The notes below the pieces were generated by a model that saw nothing but the letters and a program-made list of their open reading frames with translations, was not told the origin of the DNA and made no database searches. The translations under genes and the position numbers were made by a program. Shown here piece by piece: positions 61,008-64,000 of a DNA stretch of 64,000 bases (position 1 is the stretch's first letter; every line of letters begins with the position of its first letter). This DNA comes from Schmidtea polychroa. Lineage: Eukaryota. The stretch lies in NCBI GenBank assembly GCA_044892525.1, contig CM097885.1, positions 33,110,001 through 33,174,000 on the forward strand, read 5' to 3'.

Positions 61008-64000
61008 AAACTAGTTTTTACTTTTTTAGTACGTATATATCATGATAGTTGTTCTCGTTAAAAATTTTGCATAAAACTAACATCCATTACATGTAATGTC
61101 AAATTAAAAATAATTACGGTAATAAATTAATTATACAATAAAATATATTGTTTGATGAATAAATAAGACAATAATTAGGTAGTTGTGATTGTGAGATATG
61201 TCGCTGGGTTTACATCATACTCTCGACCCCCATTCCTTAATTACTTAATATTCAACGTATATTATTAGTTTATTTAATTAAAGTGGAGTTAATTACTTTA
61301 TACGAGGAAGGTAGAAATGGTTTTGAGAGAATAATTTTGACATCTTTTTGTGTGTTACTATTAATGAGACAATTGTTTTTGGCTTTTTATGTAACATTGA
61401 ATCTCTGATTCTTTATTAATGACGGCATATTATTCCTTTAACTGAAATTATATAATTTAGGTTCTTTAGTTGAAATCAAGGTACTTCCGTGTTATCTTAC
61501 CCCCAAAAATTAAATTATAAAATAAAAAAATATAAAAATAAATATAAATATAAAAAATGAGAGAATACATTATTAATGACGTTATTGAACATTATTGAAC
61601 ATGAATTTATTAATTTTTAATTTATTTAAAGCATTATATTACACAAAACATTATATGAATTTACATTATTTATCTTAATTATTTAACTAAATTATTTTAA
61701 TAGCCCTAAATAACTCTTATTCAATTATTTATATATTGCTAATTATGGTTCCTTATTATTTCAAATGTGGTCTATGTATATCTTGTAGCTGAACATTTCT
61801 GCAGTTTTCAGCTCATTTTCTTTTGGTCCATTTTTTTAAAGTGACGTTTCACAATTAATATTTCATGTGGCCAAGCTACTTATAATTAGAGCGGATAGTG
61901 TAGTATTGTTTTTTTAGTTGTTGCTGGGCAAAGACATTCTAATTTTGTGTTATGATTAAGGATGGTTGCAACTTAAGATGTTTATTTTTGTTAATGATAT
62001 TCGATTCTGTAAATACAAATTTGTTAGAATCTGTTTGAATCATCACTAGACGAACAATTTTCTGAATTAGTCTCAAAAGCCAAAAAATATTTTTTTTTGA
62101 TATTTGAAATACAGAAAGCGTGTATACGTGAAAAACTTTTATTAATTAAAAATTATTATAATGTTTAAACAAATTTTTTTTCTCATTATTATCTGCGCAT
62201 AAATAAACTCATTAGATTTAATTAATTTAATTTTGGAAATAGACGATCTTTAATATGTCTTCTTCAAAGCTTCACTTTTATATATTTATCATATAATGAT
62301 ATGTGATGTATATATATAGGAAATTTGTAATTATTCTAACAGTTTCGTGCTAGCTGTATTCTAAAAAGTAAAGAAAAATAATTAATTACTATTTTTATTT
62401 TAATTTGCCAAAAAATTTGAATTTATGTTGATTTCAATAAAGATATTTATTAAAATTTTCATTTTGTGGAAAATTGTTTTTCCTAACCAGTTGTCTCAGT
62501 AAAATCATACATGTATTTATTTATATTGCACCGATTATAAGCCAATTTATTATCATTATTTAATCATGAAGGAATTTATATTCTGTAAACTACATTTGAA
62601 AATTATTCACTGAATGTCTAGTTGAAGGAAACATTTAAAAAATTTCTCGAATCTCAACGAAAGAAAAATTCCCCCATCAATCATTTATGTCTGTTAAGGC
62701 AGAAGGGGATTTAAACTTATAATTTTACTGTGTGGTATTTGCAGATTGTGCATTTTGAACAATGTCCAGTGACTACAATTATTGTTAATTATATATTTTG
62801 TATAATTATGTTTTATTATTTTGACCATTTGTATTCTAAGTAAGTTTGTTTATCTTGCTATATTTCGCTTTACCATAAAATGTTTGACATAACATTGCTA
62901 AACATATTGTAAAATAAGATCTAATTTATATAATACAAGTGGCAATTTGATTATTTGTTTTATCTATTAAAATTAATAAATACAATGGAAAAGAAATCAG
63001 TGATGAAATTTGAAAAAAGTTCTTATAATAATTAATATGTAATTTATACGTTCATTTTTTGTCATAACGAAATAAATAAATAAATAAATCTAGAAATATT
63101 AATCAGCTCTAGCAGTCAATTTGTGCGTGTTTTGTAGTTTTATATAATGTAAATTTATTATTTAAAAATATAGAAAATATAAAGTGTGCCATATCCAAAT
63201 AAAATTGTCACTTTTCATAAATAAATGGCTCATTTATAAATATTTGAATATTTTGAGGAAGAAATTCATATTATTTGTTTATATTTATGAATAATAAATA
63301 CATATTTGTAATTTCAATAAATTGTTTAAATACTATAATTTATTATTGTGTTTGAATTAAAATTCAAAATAATTAAAAAATTTATTATTTTTCATTGGCC
63401 ATAATTGGAAAATTAATTTATATTTCTTTCAATTAAAAAAAAGCAAAAATATATTTTCAATGATTATTTTATAGAATTTTTCAAATCACAACAACTTCCA
63501 TTTGAATGCTTCATTGCATATCGTTGCTTTTGAATCATGTTATTTGAATATATTAATTTGACTAGAAAATAAAAAAGGGCTTCATACATACTTTGATGTA
63601 CAGGTGATTCGTATCTAATAACTTTTGAAACCTTTTAAATAAATTTTAATATTGTAAATGTTTTTTTGGAACTTCAATTATGTTCAGAAATCTAGCTGCC
63701 TCGACTGTAATTTCTAATTTAATGAACAAAAATAACAGTGTATGTCAGATTAAATCCATTTAAAATAAAACAAAATGAGATTTCGAAGACAGTTTAATAG
63801 TTTTTACTGGATAAATTTAAAAAGGGTGAATTATCTTGATCAGATAAGCTCTGCTCTTTAATCTTAATTTTTCGGCTATAGTAAACTTCTCGGGGGTACA
63901 TAAATAAATAAATTAATTAATAATTAATAATACAATAATAATTCAATAATACACCGATCAAAACTATATATTAATAAAAAATATTTTTTCTGTACAAAAA

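Overview
Very AT-rich eukaryotic DNA with long (AAT)n microsatellites and 41-78 nt GT-AG introns. It looks like an invertebrate genome and is consistent with a planarian flatworm, but the sequence does not prove that. The window is a nested cluster of Polinton/Maverick (adintovirus-like) elements from at least 3-4 terminal-sequence families, mixed with Gypsy, BEL/Pao, Penelope and hAT remnants. (1) Family A is present in three partial copies (1-6093, ~31620-35174, ~49351-51150). It carries integrase, packaging ATPase, a basic core protein and a minor-capsid fragment, plus unusual cargo: a TBP-like gene, a spliced Bcl-2 homologue and a secreted/GPI-like coiled-coil protein. Its integrase has an intron made almost entirely of (ATT)n. 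(2) A 4.6-kb internally deleted Polinton (15978-20587, 6-bp TSD GATTTT) keeps only pPolB and major capsid, and each of its TIRs is itself self-inverted. (3) A 3.3-kb non-autonomous Polinton (21099-24367, TSD ATCAAT) has captured a host MTAP fragment. (4) A near-perfect 1788-bp tandem array (52059-59483) has a unit stitched from BEL gag, an LMO LIM exon, Rab1 and proteasome alpha-6 fragments, inserted in a decayed TBP-like gene. Two intronless atypical Pim-like kinases are also present. All protein identities come from manual motif recognition; no database search was run.
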